DNA of 32,000 nucleotides from contig NC_000964.3 of assembly GCF_000009045.1 (NCBI RefSeq), positions 3,810,001 to 3,842,000 on the forward strand, read 5' to 3'. This stretch comes from Bacillus subtilis subsp. subtilis str. 168 (GTDB lineage Bacteria; Bacillota; Bacilli; Bacillales; Bacillaceae). Under the pieces are notes generated by a model. That model ran no database searches. It was not told the origin of the DNA and worked only from the letters and a program-made list of their open reading frames with translations. The position numbers were made by a program, and so were the translations under genes. Of this stretch, positions 19,201 to 26,322 are shown in pieces (positions within the stretch are counted from its first letter, which is position 1; every line of letters starts with the position of its first letter).

Positions 19201-19945
19201 ACCAATCACTGCTTTCCGGAACGTCCGTCTGGTCACCCCAAATTTGCGGGGATGCTGGAGGAAGATCCGCATACCAGTCATAAAAACTGAGCATAGGGCC
19301 TCCGATTAACGACATAAACCGGGAGCCTGATGCGTGGCTGATCATGGACATGGCCGGAATCGGAGAAAAACCGACGTTTCGGTCAGGCCCGTATTTCATC
19401 ACTGTATACAGCAGAGAGGCTGAAATCAGCTTCAGCACCTCCGGCCATTCAGCGCGCACAAAACCGCCTTTCCCTCTCGCCTGTTTATAGGACTTCGCTT
19501 TTTCAGGGTTTTCGACGATCGATTTCCAGGCTTCCAATGGATTTTGATGCGTCTGCAATGCCTCCCGCCACAAATTGATCAGCACACCGCGCACGTATGG
19601 ATATTTCACACGGAGCGGGCTGTAGATATACCATGAAAAACTGGCCCCCCGCGGGCAGCCTCTCGGTTCAAAATCAGGCATATCCGGGCCTGTTGATGGA
19701 TAATTCAAATTTTGCCCTTCCCACGTGACTATTCCGTTTTTCACATAAATATTCCAGCTGCAAGACCCTGTACAGTTGACGCCGTGGGTGGAGCGAACGA
19801 CTTTGTCGTACTGCCATCTGTTTCTGTATACATTCTCCCAATCGCGATCCTCGCGGGTAGTTTGGCTATGTTTATTTGAATGGTGTTCGATAGGAGAGAA
19901 ATAATTCAATCTCCTAAACAACGGACTCCTTTTCTTTTTCTTCAT
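16259..19945 (-). CDS. narG: Respiratory nitrate reductase alpha subunit (molybdopterin catalytic subunit)
   Basis: 1228-aa ORF. ATG follows AAGGAG. FS0 cluster motif HGVNCTGSCSW. Full-length Mo-bisPGD oxidoreductase architecture. Confidence 0.97.
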   Translation of the reverse strand: MKKKKRSPLFRRLNYFSPIEHHSNKHSQTTREDRDWENVYRNRWQYDKVVRSTHGVNCTGSCSWNIYVKNGIVTWEGQNLNYPSTGPDMPDFEPRGCPRGASFSWYIYSPLRVKYPYVRGVLINLWREALQTHQNPLEAWKSIVENPEKAKSYKQARGKGGFVRAEWPEVLKLISASLLYTVMKYGPDRNVGFSPIPAMSMISHASGSRFMSLIGGPMLSFYDWYADLPPASPQIWGDQTDVPESSDWYNSGYIITWGSNVPLTRTPDAHFLAEARYKGAKVISISPDFAESSKFADDWLSIRQGTDGALAMAMGHVILQEFYVNQETERFIEYAKQYTDFPFLVTLSKENGVYTAGRFLHAKDIGRKTKHDQWKPAVWDEQTSSFAIPQGTMGSRWDGQQKWNLHMIDEETGEPIEPRLSVLGIEDEIGTVRIPYFSNDGNKVLERDLPIKKMNLNGEETYITTVFDLILANYGVNRGIGERSAVSYDDPEPFTPAWQEQMTGIKKEAVVKIAREFAQNAIDTDGRSMIIVGAGINHWFNSDTIYRAVLNLVLLVGAQGVNGGGWAHYVGQEKLRPAEGWQTIATAKDWEGVPKLQNGTSFFYFATDQWRYEDQPISDLASPIAASSRYKHHADYNVLAARLGWLPSYPTFNQNGIDLYKEAEKAGAATPEDVGAYVASQLQEKKLKFAIEDPDNEVNFPRNLFVWRANLISSSGKGHEYFLKHLLGTTNGLMNDDSDSIRPEEIKWREQAPEGKLDLLINLDFRMAGTALYSDIVLPAATWYEKHDLSSTDMHPFIHPFAPAISAPWESKSDWDIFKALSKAVSDLAEEVDMEPVKEVVATPLLHDTMQELAQPFGKINDWSKGECEAIPGKTMPNIQVVERDYKHIFHKMTALGPNVALKPSGTKGMSWSIADEYESLKQRLGEITSDSVAKGCPNISEAKQAAEAILTLSSTSNGKVAVKAWESLENITNLKLKDLAEEREEECFTFEQITAQPKTVITSPAFTGSEKGGRRYSPFTTNVEKLIPWRTLTGRQSYYVDHELMMEFGETMATFKPILQHRPFLSKRPDQEGKEIVLNYLTPHNKWSVHSMYFDSLPMLTLFRGGPTVWMNKDDAEDTDIKDNDWIECFNRNGVVVARAVLSHRIPKGMAFMHHAQDRHINVPGTKLTNNRGGTHNSPTRIHVKPTQMIGGYAQLSYGFNYYGPTGNQRDLNVVIRKLKEVDWLED

Positions 19946-19983
19946 GAGAGTTCACTCCTTCCGAGTCAGGTGATGCTAAGTTC

Positions 19984-20026
19984 ACTATAAACAGAGACAG
20001 CGTGTTTCCTTGTGAACTATGTCACA
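19984..20026 (-). promoter_or_regulatory. narG promoter: Fnr box plus -10 hexamer
   Basis: TGTGAACTATGTCACA at 20011-20026 is a perfect TGTGA-N6-TCACA. TATAGT on the minus strand sits at 19989-19984. Box centre to hexamer centre is 32 bp, which is class II (-41.5) geometry. Confidence 0.8.
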
Positions 20027-20121
20027 CACTCTGCTTTTTTCACAAAATGTTCACACAAAGGAGAAGGAAGGCTGCGTTCAGGCAGGACGCTTGGGTCATT
20101 AGCTGCCTTTCATTCAAAGAT

Positions 20122-20148
20122 CAAAAAAAACCGGCTCTATTTAAGAAC
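20122..20148 (-). terminator. arfM terminator
   Basis: Minus strand: CCGGTTCT / AGAGCCGG stem with one mismatch, followed by a T9 run (20130-20122). The 5' arm overlaps the last arfM codons. Confidence 0.55.
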
Positions 20149-20617
20149 CGGGCTCAGCGTTTTCATCCTGTGATGTATGCAGATACCGCAAAAATAATTG
20201 ATAGGAACAAAAAACATTTTGCTGAAGCATAGCCAAAAAGTTCATTTGCAGCTGCGGATGATAAGACATCATTTTCTTAAATATGTAATATGGGATGTTG
20301 AGAATCAGAATGTCTGAAGTGGCATTGACTGAGATAAAGGGCGATAAATAAAGCCCGCCTTTTTCATCAATCGGAAACACATCGCCTTTTTCCCACAGCG
20401 CAACGGTTTTCGACCCTTCAGGGAGCCTTGTGTCCATAAAACGGACACTGCCTTTTAATACAATATAAACAGATTGAGAATGAAGAAAAGATGGAGACTG
20501 ATCACATGAACCGCGGATAAACGTGCCGTTTTTCAGCAAGGTTTCGACAATGGATAGAGGCACTTCATTAAACATAGGAAGTTGTTTCAGAAATAATAAA
20601 TAGTCACACTGATTCAT
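20141..20617 (-). CDS. arfM: Anaerobic respiration/fermentation modulator; cNMP-binding-like domain only, 158 aa
   Basis: ORF 20141..20710. I prefer the ATG at 20617 (MNQCDYLLFLKQLPMF...), 8 nt after AGGAGG. Crp/Fnr-like beta-roll sequence with no C-terminal helix-turn-helix. Confidence 0.88.
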   Translation of the reverse strand: MNQCDYLLFLKQLPMFNEVPLSIVETLLKNGTFIRGSCDQSPSFLHSQSVYIVLKGSVRFMDTRLPEGSKTVALWEKGDVFPIDEKGGLYLSPFISVNATSDILILNIPYYIFKKMMSYHPQLQMNFLAMLQQNVFCSYQLFLRYLHTSQDENAEPGS

Positions 20618-20674
20618 AGGAAAACCTCCTGTGCTAAGGATAGCTTTAGTGTAGCTCGACTGAGCCTGTACAGC

Positions 20675-20690
20675 AGTGATGTATTTCACA
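20675..20690. promoter_or_regulatory. Fnr box in the arfM / ywiC divergent intergenic region
   Basis: AGTGATGTATTTCACA matches TGTGA-N6-TCACA at 9 of 10 defined positions. TACACT (minus, 20653-20648) lies 32 bp from the box centre. TATCAG (plus, 20712-20717) lies 32 bp away on the other side. Confidence 0.7.
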
Positions 20691-20760
20691 GCCTGTATGA
20701 TGAATGTCACTTATCAGGAGGGTGAATGCATTTATAATGAAAGAAAAAAGGAGGATTTCG

Positions 20761-21480
20761 ATGAAGGCGCTGATTCCGAAGCAGCACGGGGCGTGGGCGA
20801 TGCTGCTGATCCCATTTTTACTCGGCATGGTCAAGGGAGGCCCCGTTATTTGGCATATTCCGCTCTTCCTTGGTTGGCTTTTCCTATACTTAGCGGTTTA
20901 TCCCGTTACGCTTGCCTTAAAAAAGAAACAAAGCAAACCATATCAAAAGTGGATGTGTTATTACGGTTTTCCCACCTGCTGCTTTTTGATGATCTCGGTC
21001 TTTCATAAGCCGCCTCTCATCTGGGTGGGCGTTTCTTTACTGCCGCTGTTTCTCATACATATGTATTTTGCCCGCAGAAAAAACGAACGAGCCTTATTGA
21101 ATGATGTTGCAGGTGTCTTGTTCTTTTGTTCGGGCGGGTTTGCGAGCTGCTGGCTGGGGATGGGAACCCTTGACGGCTGGGCTTGGTTTATTTTCTTGCA
21201 GTCTGCTTTATTTTTTATCGGGAGTTCCTTTTATGTGAAATCGGTGATCCGCGAGAGAAAAAACAGGGCATTTGCATACTGGTCATGGGGATATCACCTG
21301 CTGCTCCCCTTTTTATCCGCTCTTTTCGGAGCAGGATGGGCGTTTCTCGCTTTTATCCCGAGCAGCTTGCGGGCATGGTTTTTTCATGGAAGGGATTGGC
21401 CCGTAAAAACGATTGGCATTCTGGAAATCGTGAATGCCTGCTTCTTTCTTGCCGTCATGTGCCTGTTTATCACAAGGTAA
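20761..21480 (+). CDS. ywiC: Integral membrane protein, YwiC family, 239 aa
   Basis: ORF 20704..21480. I prefer the ATG at 20761 (MKALIPKQHGAW...), which follows AAAGGAGGA. Hydrophobic multi-TM sequence throughout. Confidence 0.85.
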   Translation: MKALIPKQHGAWAMLLIPFLLGMVKGGPVIWHIPLFLGWLFLYLAVYPVTLALKKKQSKPYQKWMCYYGFPTCCFLMISVFHKPPLIWVGVSLLPLFLIHMYFARRKNERALLNDVAGVLFFCSGGFASCWLGMGTLDGWAWFIFLQSALFFIGSSFYVKSVIRERKNRAFAYWSWGYHLLLPFLSALFGAGWAFLAFIPSSLRAWFFHGRDWPVKTIGILEIVNACFFLAVMCLFITR

Positions 21481-21512
21481 AAAAACAAGGACACCGCTGT
21501 CCTTGTTTTTTT
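21479..21512. terminator. Bidirectional terminator between convergent ywiC and fnr
   Basis: ACAAGGACA (21485-21493) pairs with TGTCCTTGT (21498-21506) around a 4-nt loop. An A-run precedes it and a T-run follows. Confidence 0.8.
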
Positions 21513-22228
21513 CAGTCAATATTGCAAATCTCCAGCGGGCAATTTTCACACTCAATCTCACATCGTAAATAGTCCCGCTTGTGCAAAATAATTTTTCCGG
21601 ATTCGTCTATCGAAATAACCCCTTTTTTGCGGAGATCTCCGAGCATACGATTGACGCTTTCCCGTGCAGCCGCGCAAAACTTTGCCAAATCCTGATTTGT
21701 CAGGACAATGTTAATCAGAATGCCGTCGCTTCGCTCCACTCCGTAGCTGTTTGATAAGCGGATAAGGGTAGAATAGAGCGCCCCCTTTTTGCCATGAAGA
21801 AGCAGATCCCTGATTTTGGACTGAATCTTCCGGAGGTGCGTGCTCATCCATTTCATGAACTCAAATGTCAAAGCGCCGTTTTGGATTAATTCTTTTTCCA
21901 GCTTATTTTTATTAATGACGAGCACCTCGCCATCCTCTAGTACTTTTGCACTGAGCATATACCTTGGTTCTTCAGTGAAAAGTGTTAATTCTCCGACGAT
22001 ATCATGCTTTTGGCAGATTCTAAGCGTCAGGTCTTTTCCGTCAGATGTCAGCTTGCCGATTTCAATGAGTCCTGATTGAATCAGATAAAGCTCTTCTGCA
22101 TCCATTCCTTCCCGAAACAAATACGTGTGTTTTTCCATTTTTCTTTTCGTGCTGATCGATTCCAGCAATTCATACAGATCGCTGGATATAAGATCACTAT
22201 CAGATGGTCGAACAGAGAGAAAATTCAT
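21512..22228 (-). CDS. fnr: Anaerobic transcriptional regulator Fnr (Crp/Fnr family)
   Basis: 238-aa ORF. ATG follows GAGGTGA. cNMP-like domain, helix-turn-helix LAKFCAAARESVNRMLGDLRKKG, and C-terminal Cys cluster CEIECENCPLEIC. Confidence 0.96.
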   Translation of the reverse strand: MNFLSVRPSDSDLISSDLYELLESISTKRKMEKHTYLFREGMDAEELYLIQSGLIEIGKLTSDGKDLTLRICQKHDIVGELTLFTEEPRYMLSAKVLEDGEVLVINKNKLEKELIQNGALTFEFMKWMSTHLRKIQSKIRDLLLHGKKGALYSTLIRLSNSYGVERSDGILINIVLTNQDLAKFCAAARESVNRMLGDLRKKGVISIDESGKIILHKRDYLRCEIECENCPLEICNID

Positions 22229-22326
22229 GAGCTCACCTCGAAGAAAGTCACGTTGTGTGTTTATTGTAACGTGAATTGATTTGTACCCATCGAGAAAAAA
22301 CTAACAATCTTGTGAATGCCCCAGTG

Positions 22327-23514
22327 TTAGTTGATGCTCTGGCTGTTTCTCTCCGTGTGTGTTTTCATTCTTTCCTGCCAATACATCCATATGACAAGGA
22401 CAAAACTGGCTAACGCCACCTCTGAAAGCGCCATAAACCCGATCGCGTACTGGCCTGTTGCCTGAAATACACTCGCCAATATGAGCGGAGGAAAAAAGCC
22501 GCCTAAACCGCCCATGGCAGACACAATCCCATTGGCAATCCCCGCTTGCTTCGAAAAATAGAAAGGCACCAGTTTAAAAACAGTTCCGTTTCCTATGCCT
22601 GAGCAGACGGCCACGGTTAATGATCCAAACGTATAAAGGCCGATTGTCGGCGAGAACGATAGGATAATGCCTGATAATGTAAGCCCGGCAAAAACAAACA
22701 TCAAGATGCGGAGCGGGCTCATTTTATCAGCCAGGAATCCGCCCGCAGGCCTGAGCAGCGTAGAAACCGCAATAAAGCCAGCCGTCCGCAAGCCGGCATC
22801 TGCAGGATTCAGCCCAAAATGCTCCACCAGAAAGTTCGGCAGATAGATAGTGAAGGCGACAAAGGCACCGAACGTAATAAAATAAAACAGGCTCAGAAAC
22901 CATAGCACATGATTTCGGTAAACAGCTTTGATTTGAGTCTTAACAGAAACTTTGACCTTCTTCTCATGCCTGTCGCCAAACAATACGTGCAGTAAGGCAA
23001 AGACAGCCAGCAAAATCAGATACATTTGCACGGTTGATTTCCACCCGACGGCTTGAGCGATAACCGGCGCTGCAAATGTCGTAACGGCTGTCCCGATATT
23101 TCCTGCACCGTAAATCCCATTGACGACACCGTGCTTTTCTTTCGGATAATATTTCGGGAGGGAGGTCACCCCAATGGAAAACACCGCTCCCCCGATCCCT
23201 AAGAAAAAGCCGCCTGCGATTAAATCAAACAGAGAATCCGCGATACTGATCCAAAATACAGGAAATAAAAGCAGGATGAAGCTGACCATAAACATGAGCC
23301 GCGCGCCAAACCTGTTCGTTAAATACCCTAAAGGAATGCGGAGAAGCGACCCGAGGATCACAGGAATCGCGGTCACTAAAGAAATCTCACCCTTGCTTAA
23401 ATGAATATCTAATGTGATTTGGGAAATGAGTGATGAAATCAGCACCCAAACCATAAACCCTGCCACCAAGCTTAATGACTGTAACGATAATTGAATGTGT
23501 TGACGGTTGATCAT
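22327..23514 (-). CDS. narK: Nitrate/nitrite transporter (MFS, NNP family), 395 aa
   Basis: ORF 22327..23571. I prefer the ATG at 23514 (MINRQHIQ...), which follows AAAGGGG. 12-TM MFS-like sequence immediately upstream of fnr. Confidence 0.92.
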   Translation of the reverse strand: MINRQHIQLSLQSLSLVAGFMVWVLISSLISQITLDIHLSKGEISLVTAIPVILGSLLRIPLGYLTNRFGARLMFMVSFILLLFPVFWISIADSLFDLIAGGFFLGIGGAVFSIGVTSLPKYYPKEKHGVVNGIYGAGNIGTAVTTFAAPVIAQAVGWKSTVQMYLILLAVFALLHVLFGDRHEKKVKVSVKTQIKAVYRNHVLWFLSLFYFITFGAFVAFTIYLPNFLVEHFGLNPADAGLRTAGFIAVSTLLRPAGGFLADKMSPLRILMFVFAGLTLSGIILSFSPTIGLYTFGSLTVAVCSGIGNGTVFKLVPFYFSKQAGIANGIVSAMGGLGGFFPPLILASVFQATGQYAIGFMALSEVALASFVLVIWMYWQERMKTHTERNSQSIN

Positions 23515-23551
23515 TTGGCTTGCCCCTTTCAATGATTCAATAATCAGTCTT

Positions 23552-23594
23552 ATCATACAAAAACTAGCCAAACAGGATTGTGAATTACATCACA
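23552..23594 (-). promoter_or_regulatory. narK-fnr promoter: Fnr box plus -10 hexamer
   Basis: TGTGAATTACATCACA at 23579-23594 is a perfect consensus box. TATGAT on the minus strand sits at 23557-23552. Centre-to-centre distance is 32 bp. Confidence 0.8.
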
Positions 23595-23606
23595 CGTTTT
23601 TCTCAT

Positions 23607-23644
23607 AAAAAAAGGACAAAGCCCGAAGACTTTGTCCTTTTGAT
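23607..23644 (-). terminator. ywiB-argS terminator
   Basis: AGGACAAAG pairs with CTTTGTCCT around an 8-nt loop (23612-23640). A T-run follows on the minus strand. Located just after the argS stop at 23650. Confidence 0.8.
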
Positions 23645-23649
23645 CGTGA

Positions 23650-25320
23650 TTACATTTTTTCCGGAGCCGATACGCCGATCAGCTGAAGCGCATTGTTCAG
23701 CGTAATTTGCGTTGCCTTCATTAAAGCCAGGCGCGCGCGGCTTTTCTCTTCATTTTCAGGGTCGATGACTTTCTCTGCGTTGTAGAAGCTGTGCAGAGCA
23801 GAAGCCAGATCATAAATATAGTTAGTGACACGGTGCGGAATTCGTTTTTCCGCTGCTTCCGCCACTGCCTCTGGGAAGCCGCCGATCGTTTTCAGCAGAT
23901 CGTATTCTTTTTCTGATTGAATATGGCTGAAATCAAGATCTGCCGCCGGTTTAAGCCCCTGCTCTTCCCCTTGGCGAAGCATGCTGCAAATACGGGCATG
24001 CGCGTATTGTGCATAATACACAGGGTTTTCGTTAGATGTTGATACAGCAAGATCTAAGTCAAAATCCATATGGGTGTCTGCACTTCGCATTGCAAAGAAG
24101 TAACGCACGGCATCCAAGCCGACTTCTTCAATCAGGTCACGCATCGTTACGGCTTTACCGGTCCGTTTGCTCATTTTCATTTTCTCGCCGTTTTTGTAAA
24201 GGTGAACGAGCTGAATGATTTCTACTTCAAGCGTTCCTTTTTCATAGCCCAGCGCTTCGATTGCCGCTTTCATACGCGGGATGTAGCCGTGGTGATCGGC
24301 GCCCCAAACGTTGATCAGCTTATCAAAGCCGCGGTCAAGCTTGTCCTTATGATACGCGATATCAGGAAGAAGGTACGTGTACGTGCCGTCCTTCTTGATC
24401 AATACGCGGTCTTTATCATCGCCGAAAGTCGTGGAACGGAACCAAGTCGCGCCGTCTTCTTCATAGACGTGGCCTTTTTCGCGGAGCGCTTCAAGCGCCT
24501 TGTCGATTTTTCCATTTTGGTACAGTGAAGTTTCTGAATACCACACATCAAACGGCACACGGAAGTTTTCCAAGTCCTTGCGAAGCTTTTCCAGCTCGTA
24601 TTTCAGGCCGTATTCACGGAAAAACGCGAGGCGTTCACTTTCCTCTTCGTTAACGAAACGATCACCGTATTCCTCAGCGAGACGCTTTCCGATCGCAATG
24701 ATATCCTCACCGCGGTAGCCATCCTCCGGCATCGGTTTTTCCAATCCGAGTGCTTCAAAGTAACGGACTTCAACAGAAAGCGCCAGATTGTTGATTTGGT
24801 TTCCCGCATCGTTAATGTAGTATTCGCGGCTTACATCGTAACCCGCTTTTGAAAGCACGTTGCACAAGGAATCGCCGACAGCCGCCCCGCGCGCATGCCC
24901 GAGGTGAAGGTCTCCCGTCGGATTCGCTGATACGAATTCTACCTGAACTCGTTCACCGTTTCCGATGTTCGTTTCCCCGTATGCTTCCCCTGCTTCCAGT
25001 ACAGACGGAATCAGCTTTGTTAAATATTGATTGTTCATATAGAAATTGATAAAACCCGGGCCGGCGATATCCAGTTTTTCAATCGAAGCCTTCCCTTTAT
25101 CAAAATGGGCGACAATCTCTTCAGCGATTTGACGCGGCGCTTTTTTTGCCACTCTTGCCAACTGCATCGCCATATTCGTTGAGTAGTCGCCGTGTGTTTT
25201 ATCTTTCGGTGTTTCTAAAACAACATTGGGAATCTGGCTTTCTTCAGCCAGTCCCGCTTTCAGAACGGCCGCTTTGATTTCTTCTTTCAGCACGTCCTTC
25301 ATTTGTTCCGCAATGTTCAT
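23650..25320 (-). CDS. argS: Arginyl-tRNA synthetase
   Basis: 556-aa ORF. Class I HIGH-type motif in [18 protein letters not shown]-like motif MKMSKRTGK. Its ATG overlaps the ywiB stop as ATGA (25317-25320). Confidence 0.97.
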   Translation of the reverse strand: MNIAEQMKDVLKEEIKAAVLKAGLAEESQIPNVVLETPKDKTHGDYSTNMAMQLARVAKKAPRQIAEEIVAHFDKGKASIEKLDIAGPGFINFYMNNQYLTKLIPSVLEAGEAYGETNIGNGERVQVEFVSANPTGDLHLGHARGAAVGDSLCNVLSKAGYDVSREYYINDAGNQINNLALSVEVRYFEALGLEKPMPEDGYRGEDIIAIGKRLAEEYGDRFVNEEESERLAFFREYGLKYELEKLRKDLENFRVPFDVWYSETSLYQNGKIDKALEALREKGHVYEEDGATWFRSTTFGDDKDRVLIKKDGTYTYLLPDIAYHKDKLDRGFDKLINVWGADHHGYIPRMKAAIEALGYEKGTLEVEIIQLVHLYKNGEKMKMSKRTGKAVTMRDLIEEVGLDAVRYFFAMRSADTHMDFDLDLAVSTSNENPVYYAQYAHARICSMLRQGEEQGLKPAADLDFSHIQSEKEYDLLKTIGGFPEAVAEAAEKRIPHRVTNYIYDLASALHSFYNAEKVIDPENEEKSRARLALMKATQITLNNALQLIGVSAPEKM

Positions 25321-25745
25321 GCGTGAGTTCCTCCCTCATACGTGATCGTCATATTATGTAAATGCTCCTGCTCGTCTCCGACATGCATGTCATATGCGAT
25401 GCTGATACGGCCTTTTTCTTCATCGAGATCAGATTGAATCGATTTTGTGCTTGTTTTCAGCTCAAGCTCACCAAATGACATTTTATATTTAGCAATTGTG
25501 GAAGCTCCCGTTACGAAACGCTGATTCATTTTGACAGCGCCTGACCTCATGACCAGGACTTCGCCTTCGCTTACTTTCACAATCGTTTTGACTTTGCCTA
25601 AGTCGTGTTCTTCATAATAAGATAGATACACTTTATTTTGTTTTACATAGTAAAATCCGGTGGTGCGGAATTCGATGACTTCTTGGTTTCCGTCATCCTC
25701 GATCACAGACTTCACATGGAGTGTTATCGGTGTCTCTTGCTTCAT
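25317..25745 (-). CDS. ywiB: Conserved beta-barrel protein (DUF1934 family), 142 aa
   Basis: ORF with ATG after AAAAGGA. Translationally coupled to argS. Recognised as YwiB by sequence and position. Confidence 0.88.
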   Translation of the reverse strand: MKQETPITLHVKSVIEDDGNQEVIEFRTTGFYYVKQNKVYLSYYEEHDLGKVKTIVKVSEGEVLVMRSGAVKMNQRFVTGASTIAKYKMSFGELELKTSTKSIQSDLDEEKGRISIAYDMHVGDEQEHLHNMTITYEGGTHA

Positions 25746-25784
25746 TCTGACACGTCCTTTTCATCATTCCACTTTGACTTGAAT

Positions 25785-25813
25785 AGTATAATCATTCGGT
25801 TTGTAAACTTCAA
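25785..25813 (-). promoter_or_regulatory. Candidate sigma-A promoter for ywiB-argS
   Basis: Minus strand: TTGAAG (25813-25808), 17-nt spacer, TATACT (25790-25785). Lies about 40 nt upstream of the ywiB ATG. Confidence 0.4.
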
Positions 25814-25977
25814 CTGCTTCTATCTTACCATCATTGCTCATCAGATTTGAAGATAAACCTCATAAAAAGCATTTCCTTATATAGAAGAGAAAATCATATC
25901 ACTAATTACCTTTAGGAAATGTTACATTTTTCCGAAATCTATCATTTCCTTTTCACATTTTTTTCAAAATATATGTA

Positions 25978-26006
25978 TTGAATTAGTAATTTGATAGTTT
26001 TAAGAT
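25978..26006 (+). promoter_or_regulatory. sboA-alb operon promoter
   Basis: TTGAAT (25978-25983), 17-nt spacer, TAAGAT (26001-26006). Lies about 50 nt upstream of the sboA ATG, inside a very AT-rich 312-bp intergenic region. Confidence 0.6.
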
Positions 26007-26057
26007 AAAAGTACAACATAGATCTGCTAGAAAAACAAAAAAAGGGAGGATTCAATT

Positions 26058-26189
26058 ATGAAAAAAGCTGTCATTGTAGAAAACAAAGGTTGTGCAACAT
26101 GCTCGATCGGAGCCGCTTGTCTAGTGGACGGTCCTATCCCTGATTTTGAAATTGCCGGTGCAACAGGTCTATTCGGTCTATGGGGGTAA
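26058..26189 (+). CDS. sboA: Subtilosin A precursor peptide (sactipeptide bacteriocin), 43 aa
   Basis: Not in the ORF track (under 60 aa). AAAGGGAGGA at 26041-26050, ATG at 26058, product MKKAVIVENKGCATCSIGAACLVDGPIPDFEIAGATGLFGLWG, TAA at 26187-26189. Matches SboA from memory. Confidence 0.95.
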   Translation: MKKAVIVENKGCATCSIGAACLVDGPIPDFEIAGATGLFGLWG

Positions 26190-26298
26190 GGATCTCCCAA
26201 AAGGGCATAGTCATTCTACTATGCCCTTTTTAAGTAAATTACAATTTTTAACTAAAATCTACCTCTTGGATATACATACACAACCGTTTTTCATTTGA
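26146..26298 (+). CDS. sboX: Overlapping out-of-frame ORF sboX, 50 aa; annotated in B. subtilis but translation is uncertain
   Basis: A TTG at 26146 in the +1 frame relative to sboA reads MKLPVQQVYSVYGGKDLPKGHSHSTMPFLSKLQFLTKIYLLDIHTQPFFI. TGA at 26296-26298. No obvious SD sequence. It runs through the sboA terminator hairpin. Confidence 0.4.
   Translation: MKLPVQQVYSVYGGKDLPKGHSHSTMPFLSKLQFLTKIYLLDIHTQPFFI
26199..26233 (+). terminator. Intra-operon hairpin / partial terminator between sboA and albA
   Basis: AAAGGGCATAGT (26200-26211) pairs perfectly with ACTATGCCCTTT (26218-26229) around a 6-nt loop, followed by TTTTTAAG. Confidence 0.75.
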
Positions 26299-26322
26299 AT
26301 CATATGTATAGGGGATGGTATT

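Noticed and set aside
20039-20055. Second Fnr-like sequence TTCACAAAATGTTCACA upstream of narG
   Set aside because: The TCACA half-sites are in direct rather than inverted orientation, so this is not a TGTGA-N6-TCACA palindrome. It might bind another regulator, but I cannot support a call.
25774-25792. Perfect-looking TTGACT and TATAAT hexamers on the plus strand upstream of sboA
   Set aside because: They are separated by only 7 nt, so they cannot form a sigma-A promoter. The TATAAT overlaps the minus-strand TATACT that fits a ywiB promoter with proper 17-nt spacing.
25746-25980. Possible T-box leader for the ywiB-argS operon
   Set aside because: The predicted promoter leaves only about 30-40 nt of leader. 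I saw no T-box-like conserved sequence and no terminator/antiterminator pair in this AT-rich region.
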